A DNA stretch of 64,000 bases, taken from assembly GCF_009914755.1 (NCBI RefSeq), contig NC_060932.1; one strand, 5' to 3'. Of this stretch, positions 14,773 to 29,680 are shown piece by piece. The notes under the pieces are model-generated. The model was not told where the DNA came from. It searched no databases and was given only the letters and a program-made list of their open reading frames with translations. The number at the start of each line of letters is the position of its first letter. Positions within the stretch are counted from its first letter, which is position 1. Source of the DNA: the human T2T-CHM13v2.0 reference genome, Homo sapiens. The translations under genes and the position numbers were made by a program.

Positions 14773-16159
14773 AATTTTGTATTCTTAGAATCTAATTTGA
14801 CAAATGACACAGAACCAGAGCCATGTGAGTTTTGTCAAATAAGGAATTATGGATTTTAGGCAAGCAGTTACTGAAGGCACAGAGTTCTTTTCTTTGTGAA
14901 AATATAGCAGTAATGTCAATTGTATGACCTGTTATAGCAAACACTTCGTCGGTTTTATTCATCACTTGGCTATTTATAAAAATACAAAAATAGATAGGAA
15001 CTTCATGGAGGTCTCTTCTCTCATGTTAATTCACACTTGCATCTTTCTCTTTTTCTTTTCCGCCCAAAACTTGTTCCCAGCAATACTGAAAAAAATAAAA
15101 TAATCTCCAATCCTGCTGGTATCCTCGGAGGACAAGACAAAAGTCTAGCTTCCTTGCCAATTGGGTTGTTATGGCCCATGGTCCAGAGACCCCACATCAA
15201 ACTTCTCTGTAACTTGTGACACCACAGGGCACCATCAGCCTCTCAGCATCCTGTTTGAGCTGGTTCCCAGTGAAACTTTGGCCTGGATCGCGGCCTCCCT
15301 CAGCCTTTCTGTCCTCTCCCGGAAGCTTTTTATCATCTAAGAGCACTGCAATGACCATTTCCTTTTTCTAATTAGGATAAGAGAAAATCATTTGCTCTTT
15401 GGCTATTACTTCGCCTGACCCCACTAAACCCCCCAATCTCCTTTATCCTGAATTTTCATACTATGAGTTTATGTACTCTGCCTAGTGCTTTTTCTATAAG
15501 AACTGTTATATTAAGCATTTCTCAAGAGACACATTACCTACTCTTCATGCGTGGCCCTTCCCTGGTTCTAGTTTCCAAGTATTGGAAAGACTGCCAGCAT
15601 CTCTTCAAAGCTACAAAGTAGAAACCTTGGAATAGTATTGAATTCATCTCCTAGCCCATACTCAGAATGCTAAATTGGTTGCCAAGTTCTGCCAATGTTT
15701 TCTGTAACAAATTTTTCATAACTACCCCTTCCCTTCTATCCCTCGCTCACGAAAGCTTTGTTGAGTTTCTTATATTTTTCCAACACTCTTTGCCTTTAGA
15801 CTAGCCTTATTACTGCTGACGAAGGTATTTTCTCCACGTTCTGCTATAAATTGGGGGCTATTTCACTCTTAAACCATAATGGAATCGCACAGGCCTTTCG
15901 ATCACATCAAAAGTCTTTACCGTGTGCTTCATCAAGATGCTAGGAATTACCTGAATTCTTAGCCTCCTCCCAAAACTCTCCCTCCCTTGACAGGATTATC
16001 TCCTTAATGATCCCACCCCACTCTGCTCTTTTAAGTTTTTTCTTCTGCTTCTCCATTCACTTAAATTGTTTTAGAAATTCTCTCCTTCCTTGGAGGCTTG
16101 CTAGGTAGATCCTGGACTATCAGGAAAAATTGATTTGGAAGGTCAGCATCACCTTCAAA

Positions 16160-16831
16160 ATACAGGCACAATCTCTATTTCCACTGCTACCCCCAGGACA
16201 GGCCACGGTCATGTCTTTCTAGGACTGCAGCAATCAGTTCTATAGGTCTCCCTTCCTGCCCCTCTGTCTGTCCTCAATACAGCAGCTCCAATAACCTTTT
16301 TAAAAATCAAATCAAATCACTTTACTCCTCCACTTAAAATCCAAAATCGTTCCCCCAGGTTACTCACAGTAAAGGCAAAGTCCTGTCCAGACTACGCAGG
16401 CCCATGTAGTCCAGCCCTCTTCCCTCCCTGAGCTGGCATCATACTCTCTCCTTCTGCAATCCACTCCCACCACAAAGGCCTGGCCTCATACTTGCCAGGC
16501 ATTTGCCATCCGTCCTGCTTGGGGCACTGCTTTCCCTTCCATCCATTCCTTCAGGTCATTGTTCAAATGCCATCCCACTCATCCATGAGTAAAGCCTACC
16601 CTGACGTCCCACCTAACAATGCAATTCATCCCCTTTCCATGCTTTGTTTTTCTCCTTGGCACTGATCACCACCTCATATACTAAGAATGGTTAATTTGCT
16701 TACTGTCCCTATGTACTAAAAATTGAGTACCCTGAGGGCAAGAAGTTTTATCTCTTTTGCTCATAAAACAGTGACAAGAACAATAGCTGGCATACAGCAA
16801 TTTCTCAATGCAAACTTGTTGAATGAATGAA
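16160..16831 (+). mobile_element. L2a-like 3' end
   Basis: Ends ctcaatgcaaacttgttgaatgaatgaa. Confidence 0.8.
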
Positions 16832-16860
16832 CTCAAAATATTAATTTACTACAAGTTTTC

Positions 16861-16966
16861 TATTTGGCCATTGTTACTATTCAAACTTCATAGAGATACA
16901 GAACATTTGGCCATTGTTACTATTTGGCTATTGTTACTATTCAAACTTCACAGAGATACAGAACAT
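16861..16966. repeat. Nested tandem duplication, 60-bp period
   Basis: 46-bp unit at 16861 and 16921 (2 mismatches) with an extra atttggccattgttac between. Confidence 0.9.
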
Positions 16967-17212
16967 ATAAAACACAGCCTCTGCAGTGCAGAGGGCACAT
17001 TCACTGCTTTAACTTTCCAATGTTTTGCTCATAAGCAGCAAAACCATATTGCTTTTTCTTTTCTGCAGTCACCAACAATGCATTTGCTGCCTTCAGAACC
17101 TAAAGGGTGCCTCTTAAACACTAGACCCACATCTAGGAGTCCAGTCTACAAAACTAGACGCAGTTCAAAATGGAGCAAGAAGAGGCAGACATTATTGTAA
17201 AAGAATAATGAG

Positions 17213-17575
<363 letters not shown>

Positions 17576-17939
17576 TTACAAATCCTAGGACCTTATAAAT
17601 GGAAGAGTCCGGATCTTTTTCAAGATCCTAGTTACCCAGGATATTTTTAAATATCACCTAGTTGATAAAGGTTGAGATCATCCATTGCTGCAATCCCAGA
17701 GACACCCTCCAGACCCCCCAAAAAGGCCAGATACTCGGTTTATATAACGACTGGGATACAAGATTCGATTAAAAAACACTCTTGGGACTTGAAAAGGAGT
17801 TCTGAATGTGAAATGTTACACCTGTTGTCTTATATTTGAATTTCCATTATTTGTATAAAATGTTTTCCTTCCTTTTCATGAAATAAATAAGAGTCTGAAT
17901 CCCTTGGCTGAGAAATTCTGTCATAAAACAATACTTTGC

Positions 17940-18435
17940 CAGCGTTCGCCCCTCCGTGTGAAGTGGCAGAGATGATGAGATGATCTCCGCAGCTCGGCGG
18001 GCCTGCGGGTGAGGGGGCCGCCATAAGGCGACCACTCAGGAAAACGCTGGAGCAAACAGATGGGGCCTCCGTTGTGCCCCGAAGGCAGACAGTCCCGGCC
18101 CTGCTGGACCCGGGTGGAGCGCATTCCAGAGTCCTGCGTGCCTCCTTGACAATGCCCTGCCCCTGGCTTCCCAGACTTCAGACCTTCCCCTCCTTGATCT
18201 CTGGCACCGTGGAGGAATCGAAGAGGAAGAGGGTCCCCAGGGACAGCGCATTTCATTCCTGCCTGGCTGAATAGATAAAAGCCAACACCTGCTGGCGCAG
18301 CGAGGTGCGCCTGGAGCCAGTACTATCGGGGCCTCACAGGTGTGTGAAGACCGCAGCGGAGGGCCAAGCTCTGGGGAAGCCGTGGCCACGGAGTGCCTGG
18401 TGCAAGCCTAGAGCGGGCGCGCGCTGCCGCTGTTC
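17940..18435. promoter_or_regulatory. CpG-island-like segment
   Basis: About 30 CpGs counted by eye in ~490 bp, GC-rich, not Alu-derived, in an AT-rich context. Confidence 0.75.
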
Positions 18436-19001
18436 ACACACAGGCTTCCTCCTAGTGCTCTTAAAAAGAAGAGAGCTTCACCAACATGTTCCCACGTGTA
18501 ATGTACCAGCTCTGCCCATATGGGTGTCATCATAGGATTTTATTACTAATTTCAATTGTGGTGTTCCACTTCTGAAAATGCTATTTGGTCAAAAGTTTAG
18601 ATTTTAAATACTCACAGAGAAACACAAAATTGCTCCGTGCAGCATTGTAATTATAGCAACAAAAAACATGGAAAACAATATCCATCAATAGAGTTAGTTT
18701 AAAACATTATGTCACGAACATGTAATGGAATAATCTGTGGCTTATAAAAACCAAACATGGAAAGATGTCCATTATAGAGTAAATTTGAAACCTAAGTTGC
18801 AACGCAGTATCAGTGCTGTATGATCTCATTTGTTAAAATATGTAAATGTGTTCATCTTTCCTTAGAGAAATATCTGCAAGAATATTCACAAACTACCTCA
18901 AGGGATTGTGGGACTCTTCATTTTCTATTTCATATATTCCTGTATGATTTAAAAGTTTGCAACAAGCATGTCCTATTTATATAAACAAAAAGCACATTCA
19001 A

Positions 19002-19058
19002 GCGTGCGTATGTGTTGTGTGTGTGTGTGTGCTTGTGTGTGTGCGCGTGTGTGTGTGT
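19002..19058. repeat. (TG)n microsatellite
   Basis: Interrupted TG run. Confidence 0.9.
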
Positions 19059-19875
19059 AATTAAGTTTCCAAGCTTCAGGCATAATGAAATCCAAAGTAA
19101 TAAATGATACAGAGTAGTGGTAATTAATTTGTTATTAATTATATCTATAGAACAGACTTATATTGTGCCTTTTATCACTTCATAAGAAATACATGACACT
19201 AAAATTAGAAAATTGAGGTCATTTATAGGAAAACAATTTTTCTTCTGAATAAAAAGCACCTGCAACTATCTATTGTTAACTCCAATTACTCCCTCTAACA
19301 AATAAGTGAAAACGTAGCTGGTAATGTAAATATAATACAAATTTAGGTGAAAACTGCAGTCTCTATGGAAATATCCTTTTTCCCCACACACTCCCTCTCT
19401 TCTTACCCCACTCACCACCCACTCCCCCACCTAAACTCAGGCTCCAATACCTGAAAACCATCTCTTTTCACTTTCTTGTTTGTTCCTAAAGGATGGTGGC
19501 ATCAGGTTGTAAATCACCACAAAGAACACTCTTAGTGATGTCCCAAAATTTATTGTTCCCAGCTTTTCCAAGATTACTTATGAGAATGCTCACTGTGAAA
19601 GAAAAACATAGCCCGGCAAGTACATTTCCAGGCATTTAGACCTGGTTCTTGCTGCAAAATGTAGTGAGCAAGGAAAACAACTTTAAGACCAATAAAAATT
19701 AAAATAAAATAAAACTCTCATTACGTCTCTTATAAAAGACATGAGAAATGACTTAAAAATTCTAACTGGTTACTCTATGTTTAGAAAGGACCAAATTACA
19801 AAGGTTAGTCTATTTTTTGTTAAAGTGCACTTGTAGCAACCTCTCCATAGATGATAAATTTAAATGAACATTTCT

Positions 19876-19895
19876 CTGCTGCCATCTCGTGGATT
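19876..19895 (-). promoter_or_regulatory. CTCF core motif
   Basis: Minus strand CCACGAGATGGCAGC closely matches the CTCF core consensus CCASYAGRKGGCRS. Confidence 0.6.
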
Positions 19896-20182
19896 ATTTA
19901 GGTAATGTACTCAAAGGCAAAGGCAAATCCCACTAAAATTTTACCGGATGTGAAAAGTCATATTGATTACTTAGTCATTTATTTGACAGAACACAACATA
20001 ACTTAATGTATATAGCATGCTACATATAACATATTAAACCTCATCCTAAGAACAAGGTTTAAGATCCTTTCACTTTTAAATGCTGTTAACCTTGATAGAG
20101 AAAACAAAATGCTTTTGCCATTGCATAAGCAATAATTACTACAAAAGACATTATATCTCTATGTAATAATCACTAAAAGTAT

Positions 20183-20316
20183 CGAGATCACACCATTGCA
20201 CTCCAGCCTGGGAGATGAGCGAAACTCCGTCTCAAAAAAAAAAAAAAGATAGGAAACAGGGCACTGCTTTACCTTTGGTTGTAATTTAGATGGTTCTGGG
20301 GGAAGAGAAGGGTGTT
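20183..20316 (+). repeat. Local duplicate of 23255-23419 (Alu 3' end plus unique flank)
   Basis: 50-bp unique core 20267-20316 matches 23370-23419 at 48/50. Confidence 0.9.
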
Positions 20317-20575
20317 CACAATGCACAATACACAATGGTGGCATTATCTCGACTTCACAGATGCTCTCCTCTGCAAAGGCTGGGACCAGAGAAGGATGGG
20401 AAAGGGGCCATCCCTGGTCAGATTCTGAACATGGTCCCAGTAGCAAATGCTACTGTGATGAGAGGGGATATGTTTAATAAGTGGCTGTCACACCCACTAT
20501 CAAGCAGTGTTAATGATTCATGCAGCACTTTCCAAACCGTTCCTGGATCTTCAGGTACTCCTTGGAGTAACCAAG
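20273..20575 (-). ncRNA. Candidate lncRNA first exon (possibly LINC01299)
   Basis: Donor AAG|GTAAAG at 20273/20272; the identity and 5' limit rest on my recollection of annotation ~40 kb downstream of ARMC1, not on sequence. Confidence 0.3.
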
Positions 20576-20850
20576 TTTTAGAGTCAGCAATAAACCCAGA
20601 AAGGAATAAAGGGGGGGGAAAGTAGAAATCCTTGTCAGTCATAATGCATGCATTAGAGAATCAAGGAAAAAAACTGGAAAAAAATTTTGTCTACCTATCC
20701 CCTCAATTATTTCCGTAATAAATCAGAAATGTATAAAAATTTTCCATTTGGGAAGAATTTTCAATTCTATATGAGAAATTTTAAATCTTTTTGAGACACT
20801 TCAAGTTTGTTCTTCAGAAGCCCATGAACAAGATCTAAGACTTGTATTTC

Positions 20851-23444
<2,594 letters not shown>

Positions 23445-23545
23445 CTAGATCCTGGCCTCCAAGATTCTATTTCTCCATTATATTCTAGAACCTAAGTTTG
23501 GAAGGCTTCGACATGGAATATTGGATACTCCAAGAGTAGAGCCTG

Positions 23546-23702
23546 GGATTGGTAGATTTAGGGGGAAAAAATAGAACACCCAGTTCAATTAAAATTTCAG
23601 AAACACAACAAACAATTGGGGCATATTTACCCTAAAAAGATCCTTGTTATTTATCTGAAAGTCAAATTTCTAATGGACATCCTGAATTTTATCTAGTAAC
23701 CC
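23546..23702. mobile_element. MER53 palindromic hAT MITE
   Basis: gggattggtagatttag ... cccagttcaattaaaatttcaga / tctgaaagtcaaatttctaatgg ... atctagtaaccc inverted arms. Confidence 0.8.
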
Positions 23703-23832
23703 CATATAAATTTTCTCCTTCCCCAAAGTACTGTTGATGCCAGTTAAAGAAAATGGATATTGCAACTAGGAAAAATAGACTGGTTCTCTTTCTCACATAA
23801 AGTTATTTTTTAATCATTAAGATAAAATAGCA

Positions 23833-23960
23833 GCGTGGTGGCTCACACCTGTAATCCCAGAACTTTGGGAAGCCCAGGCAGGAGGATTGCTTCAGCTCAG
23901 AAGTTTGAGACCAGCCTGGGCAAACCCTTTCTTTACAAAATAATTTTTTTAATTAAATTA
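23833..23960 (+). mobile_element. FLAM / Alu left monomer
   Basis: Monomer with TSD aagataaaatagca. Confidence 0.85.
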
Positions 23961-24094
23961 TAAAAAGATAAAATAGCATAAGAATACACTGAGTAAGAGG
24001 TTTTCCAAATATTATGGGGAAAAAACAAGGCAAATTATATCAAGGTTATAATTTAACGGTAGAATTGAAGGTTGGTGGAATTATCTAGTTTAGG

Positions 24095-24260
24095 CATTCA
24101 GATATTTGGTAAGCACCATGTTAGATAGGCACCATCCATGCTGGACACGGGGAAGAAGATGAACAAGGCACAGCCCCTGTTCCCAAGAAGCTCACAGTCT
24201 AGTAGAGGAAAGAGACAAAAAGAGATGGCGAACATGTGATATAAATAGAAATATAAAGGA
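24095..24260 (-). mobile_element. L2 3' remnant
   Basis: aagatgaacaaggcacagcccctgttcccaagaagctcacagtctagt. Confidence 0.7.
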
Positions 24261-25427
24261 AATGGGGATTTCATCCTGTCCTCTCCCCTCTCCCCTGCAC
24301 CCTAGTAAAGCCTACAGTGCCTGGTCTCATCACTAATGAGATGTGACTATCAGGTGAAGAGATTTATTTAAAAGAAATAGACTAGAACTGTCTGCACTGA
24401 TTCTTGGTAAACATCAGAACCTATACATTGTCTGCCAGAAAATAAAATGTCAAAGCTGGTAATAACCTTGGAGATCTCATCTAGCATGTGCGTTTTATGA
24501 AACAGAAGCCTGCCATCCCCCAGCCAGCAGTCATCAAAGCAGCTGACTCCTAGTCTACAAACTTCATCTAGAGTTTTTCCTAGCTGCTGCTTCCTTAGGT
24601 GAGGTCTAACAATGAAGATGGTTTGGCCCATATCTCAGTTTCCAAATAATTTATTAATTCATCCTTCCAGCGACCAAAACTATTAAAGCAGAGAGAATTA
24701 TAAAAAGAGTTACAAGAAAGCCTGCTGCCTAAATTGGAACTAACACTCCAACCAAAGTAACATGCAGAGTGAGCTTAGGAAAGTAAAGGAAAAAAAATTA
24801 TTAACATCGGAGGTGATGCTTCCACCTTATTCAGCAAATAAAATCTACTCATCCCATCCTTTGTCCTCATATAGTTGCTTCTAAAGGCTAATCTCTGGAC
24901 TTTGATACAAACTAACCAGGAAAATTCACATTGTGTTGACAGTTCACAGAAGCAGGTAGAGGGTAGACATGGACTGATAAACTACTCATGTTAGTTATTT
25001 ATGCTAAAAGTCCTACTTGTTACGTTAACTTAAAAGAATAAAGAGGGGGAAAAGGAAAGAATAGAGCTGAGATCCAGTCTCTGAGAAAAGGAGAAAATGG
25101 CATCAAAGTAGTAGAGGATATGTCTTCATTTTCCTCTTAGTTCCAGTTCTTCCAGTCTCCCTTTCCCTAGGACATCTTCCTCTTTGAAGTCCTTGATGTC
25201 ATGTTGAGAAAGTCTTCTCTCTCTCTCCCATGTTCCCATATGTGTAAGTATAGCATAGGCTGATCTCTTCTAGAAATAGAAAAATTGATTAAGACCATTC
25301 TCAATAAAATGTGAGTGATTAATAGTTTTCAACCTTCTCAATCCACCCAGTAGCACCTCCCTGTTCTAAAAAAACTGGTGAAATTTCAGATATAAACACA
25401 GACATACTTTTAATCATCAAGGGTTTA

Positions 25428-25573
25428 GGCTGGATGCAGAAGCTCACATCTGTAATCTCAGCTCTTTGGGAGGTTGAGGTGGGAGGATGGCTTGAGCCCA
25501 GGAGATCAAGGCTGCAGTGAGCTGTATATGCTCCACTGCACTCCAGCCTGGGCAACAGAGCAAGACACTGTCT

Positions 25574-25612
<39 letters not shown>

Positions 25613-25617
25613 ACACA
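25428..25617 (+). mobile_element. FRAM-like Alu monomer with (CA)n tail
   Basis: Single monomer followed by ~20 CA units at 25578-25617. Confidence 0.85.
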
Positions 25618-25989
25618 AAAGGTTTATTTCTCTGCCTACCCCTCCACACATACTCACATACATCTGTAACAGTGAGATATAAGGGACCTCTGGACAATTT
25701 TTAAGGTACATACTTACCACTCCCCAGTTTACTACCCTCCATCTCAGTAAAATGCTCAATACTCATTTACCTTTTGCCCCTACTTATTCAAAACACCCAA
25801 TATTTATCTATATTATATTATTGCAGAAAGTATTTGTTATGTGTTATGGCTAGGACTCCCTGTCCTGAGGTTACCCCATTTTGCTCTGTTCGGCCGTATC
25901 CTGCTACAGTCAGCCTTTGTGTTTGAATCTACTCTGCAACCTAGGCCAAAACTCTATGGTCAGACAGGCTCTTCCCTAATGGAAGAAAG

Positions 25990-26395
25990 ATGACTCTGGC
26001 TGCACTAGTGTACACCTTCCCACTTCCATTCCCACAGCAACTGGAATTTGTTTAGGAATGTGTCCAGTCAGAGACAGCACACTGCAATGAGACCCCTACT
26101 GGGAACTCTAGGAAAAGGACTTCACTCATTCTCATGGAATATTAGCTTGTGTGGGTTGAGCCTGCTGCTGCCTATTGCTACCATGAAGGGAGAGTGAGAA
26201 TGGAGCTACAACAAACAAAGGTAAGATGAAAATGGAAATCAGGTCCTTGTGACATCATTTAAGCTCCTATATCAAACTAAACTATACCCAAAGTAAGCCC
26301 TACTACTGAACTTTTTAGTTTTGTGAGCATTAAGTTCCTTCTTTCCTTATGCAGTGTAGGAAGTGATTTTCTATCACTTGGAATTAAAAGAAGTT
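25990..26395 (+). mobile_element. Old MLT1 (J/K/L-like) LTR
   Basis: 3' end ttttctatcacttggaattaaaaga; gacatcatttaagctcct motif. Confidence 0.6.
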
Positions 26396-26469
26396 GATAT
26401 CATTAGTATACTTAGGAATATCTGAGACAATAGGTGAGATATGCCCCTCTAAAAAACAGGACTAAGTGC

Positions 26470-27200
26470 CAGAAAGATTCCTTAAAATCAAAAGTATCGT
26501 TTCCTCAATTAAAATTTCAATAAAAGGCCTAGAAGAGAAAGTTGGGAAAATGTCTCAGAATGTAAACCAGAAAGATGAAACCATGGAAAATACAAGAAAA
26601 AAGTTGGAGAATGGAGATCAACTGAGGAAGCCTAATATTAGTCAAATAGTCATTACAGGAGGAAAAAAGAGACAACTAACTGGGAGAAAATAGAAGAAAA
26701 TTCTTAGAGCTAAAAAGATGTAAGTGTACAGCACAAAATGCCATTAGGATAAATAAAAAGATTTATACCTAAGTGTATCCTTATAGAACTACAGGACTCC
26801 AAGGAAAAGGTGAATATCCTAAAGCTTCTAGACTAAAAACAGTTTCCCTACAGAAGAATGGAATTTTACGTAATATTAGATTTCTCAACAGGGTCCCTGA
26901 ATATTAGAAGACAATGTCTTTAAAATTAGGAAGAAAAAAAATCGTATGGACCTACAATTCTATCCTACATAGTACTGGACGTTCTGACCAATGCGACAAA
27001 AAAAAAATAAGGACTGGAAGGAAAAAGATCAAACTGATTATTTGTAGATGCTTTTATCTCCAAAGCAGTTAACTCTTAGACCTAATAAGAGAGTTGAGCA
27101 AAGTTCCCAACTAAAAGATCAACTTATCAATAGTGTTGTTCTGCACTCATCATTTAGAAAAGATAACTGAAAGTAAGCTACCGTTCACAGCAGCAACAAA
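26470..27200 (+). mobile_element. Ancient L1/HAL1 ORF1 and ORF2 remnants
   Basis: Peptide IKGLEEKV...DQLRKPNISQIVI resembles L1 ORF1p; atagtactggacgttctgaccaatgc resembles ORF2. Confidence 0.6.
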
Positions 27201-27380
27201 ATCAAGTGTGAGGAAAAAACGCTTTATAGATATAAAAGTACTATTTTGACACACCCTTCTGGAAAAATTACATAGCATCTGAAAAAAATGACACCAACCC
27301 AGGGAGTGCAATGAGAAGAAATGCCCAGATGGCAGCTCTGTGGCTGGAACACGAAGTTAGAAGGTATAAAAAGAATGTCT

Positions 27381-28108
27381 ATGCAAATCAAAACCACAAT
27401 GAGATACCATCTCACACCAGTTAGAATGGCGATCATTAAAAAGTCAGGAAACAACAGGTGCTGGAGAGGATGTGGAGAAATAGGAACACTTTTACACTGT
27501 TGGTGGGACTGTAAACTAGTTCAACCATTGTGGAAGACAGTGTGGTGATTCCTCAGGGATCTAGAACTAGAGATACCATCTGACCCAGCCATCCCATTAC
27601 TGGGTATATACCCAAAGGATTATAAATCATGCTGCTATAAAGACACATGCACACATATGTTTATTGCGGCACTATTCACAATAGCAAAGACTTGGAACCA
27701 ACCCAAATGTCCAACAATGATAGACTGGATTAGGAAAATGTGGCGCATATACACCATGGAATACTGTGCAGCCATAAAAAGGGATGAGTTCATGTCCTTT
27801 GTAGGGACATGGATGAAGCTGGAAACCATCATTCTCAGCAAACTATCGCAAGGACAGAAAACCAAACACCGCATGTTCTCACTCATAGGTGGGAATCGAA
27901 CAATGAGAACACATGGACACAGGAAGGGGAACATCATACACCGGGGCCTGTTGTGGGGTGGGGGGATGGGGGAGGGATAGCATTAGGAGATACACCTAAT
28001 GTTAAATGACGAGTTAATGGGTGCAGCACACCAACATGGCACATGTATACATATGTAACAAACCTGCACATGTACCCTAAAACTTAAAGTATTAAAAAAA
28101 AAAAAAAG
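27381..28108 (+). mobile_element. 5'-truncated L1PA (PA3-PA5-like), ~0.73 kb
   Basis: ORF2 C-terminus, 3' UTR and polyA; TSD aaaaagaaYgtct. Confidence 0.95.
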
Positions 28109-28449
28109 AACGTCTTCAATGTCGGAATGGACTTCATTCTACAAATCATAGATTAGGAGGCTGAAAGAACTTAGTGAGATGGCCAAGAAGAATTATTTTT
28201 TTCTCAACAAGAATTTAAAAAGCCACACTAGAACTCTGAGAAAAATTTGAGAAATTACAAAAAAGTCATCAGCCAAATAGGAAGCATTCTCCTTCAAAGG
28301 CACAGGTTTAGTGAAGCAGGAGTATATGTCCTTCTCTGCTGTTCCAATCCTACTGACTCAGTGTTAAATAATATTACATGTTTACATAATGAGACTATAT
28401 ATTTAAATTTCATAATGCTAATAATTTAAATGCTGTATTTATTTCTAAC

Positions 28450-28917
28450 TTGTTTATTTGTTTGTTTGTTTTAGAGATAGGATCTCACTGTGTGGCCCAG
28501 GCTGTGTCGCCCATGCAGTGGCATGATCATAGCTCACTGCAGTTTCCAACTTCTGGGCTCAAGCAATCCTCCTGCCTCAACCTACTAGGTAGCTGGCATT
28601 ACAGGTACTGGCTGTACCTGGCTTATTTATTTTATTTTTGTTTTTTGAAACAGAGTCTCACTGTGTCACCCAGGCTAGAGTGCAGTGGCACAATCTTCGC
28701 TCACTGCAGCCTCGACCTCCAGGCTCAGGCGATCTTCCCACTTCAGTCTCTCAAGTAGCTGGGATTACAGGCTCACTCCACCATGCCTGGCTAATTTTTT
28801 GTAGAGACAGGGTTTCGCCATGTTGCCCAGGCTGGTCCTGAACTCTGGGCTCAAGTGATTCTCCCGCCCAGGCCTCCCAAAGTGCTAGGATTGAAGGTGT
28901 GAGCCACCATGCCCGGC
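28450..28917 (-). mobile_element. FLAM-like monomer plus AluJ in tandem
   Basis: Two adjacent antisense Alu units at the L1 tail. Confidence 0.85.
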
Positions 28918-29387
28918 TTATTTTTTTATTGATATATAATATTTAAAAATCAATGGGGTACATGTGATATTTTGTAACATGCATAGAATGTGTAATTATC
29001 AGGTCAGGTGAGGGTATTGAGGTGTCGTCCATCACTCTGAGCATTTATCATTTCTACATATTGGAAAGAACTCAAGTCCTCTCTTCTAGCCACTTTGAAG
29101 TATACAATACATTGATGTTAATGATAATCACTCTTCTCTGCTGTGGAACAATAGAACTTCTACCTTTTATCTAACTGTATTTGTGTACCCCTTAACTTAC
29201 CTCTTTTCATACCCCAACCACACCCACCCACCTTTGAAACCTACCATTCTACTGTCTATCTTTATGAGATCAACTATTTTAGCTCCCACAAATGAGAACA
29301 TGCAATATTTGTCTTTCTAGGCCTGGCTTATTTCATTCAACATAATGACCTCCAGTTCCACCATGTTGCTGCAAATGACATGATTTC

Positions 29388-29680
29388 TTTTTTTTTGAGA
29401 CAGCGTCTTGCTCTTTTGCCCAGGCTGAAGTGCAGTGGCACAATCTTGGCTCACTGCAAACTCCACCTCCTAGGCTCAAGCAATTATTGTGCTTCTTGGT
29501 CTCCGCAGTAGCTGGGACTACAGGCGCCCACCACCACATCTGGCTAAGTTTTGTATTTTTAGTAGAGATGGGGTTTCACCATGTTGGCCAGGCTGGTCTC
29601 AAACTCCCAGGCTCAAGTGAGCCTCCCAATTCGGCCTCCCAAAGTGCTGGGATTACAGGTGTGAGCCACCAAGCCCAGCC
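29388..29680 (-). mobile_element. AluS in L1
   Basis: Full Alu. Confidence 0.9.

Noticed and set aside
16823-17200. 125-aa ORF with repeated peptide; also considered as a CRISPR-like repeat
   Set aside because: Simple local duplication starting in an L2 tail; no spacer array; eukaryotic DNA
17830-18535. Overlapping ORFs in the CpG island
   Set aside because: Expected in GC-rich DNA; no recognisable domain
20183-20316. Alu-mediated 3' transduction
   Set aside because: No polyA or TSD after the copied flank; proximity to the donor favours DNA-level copying
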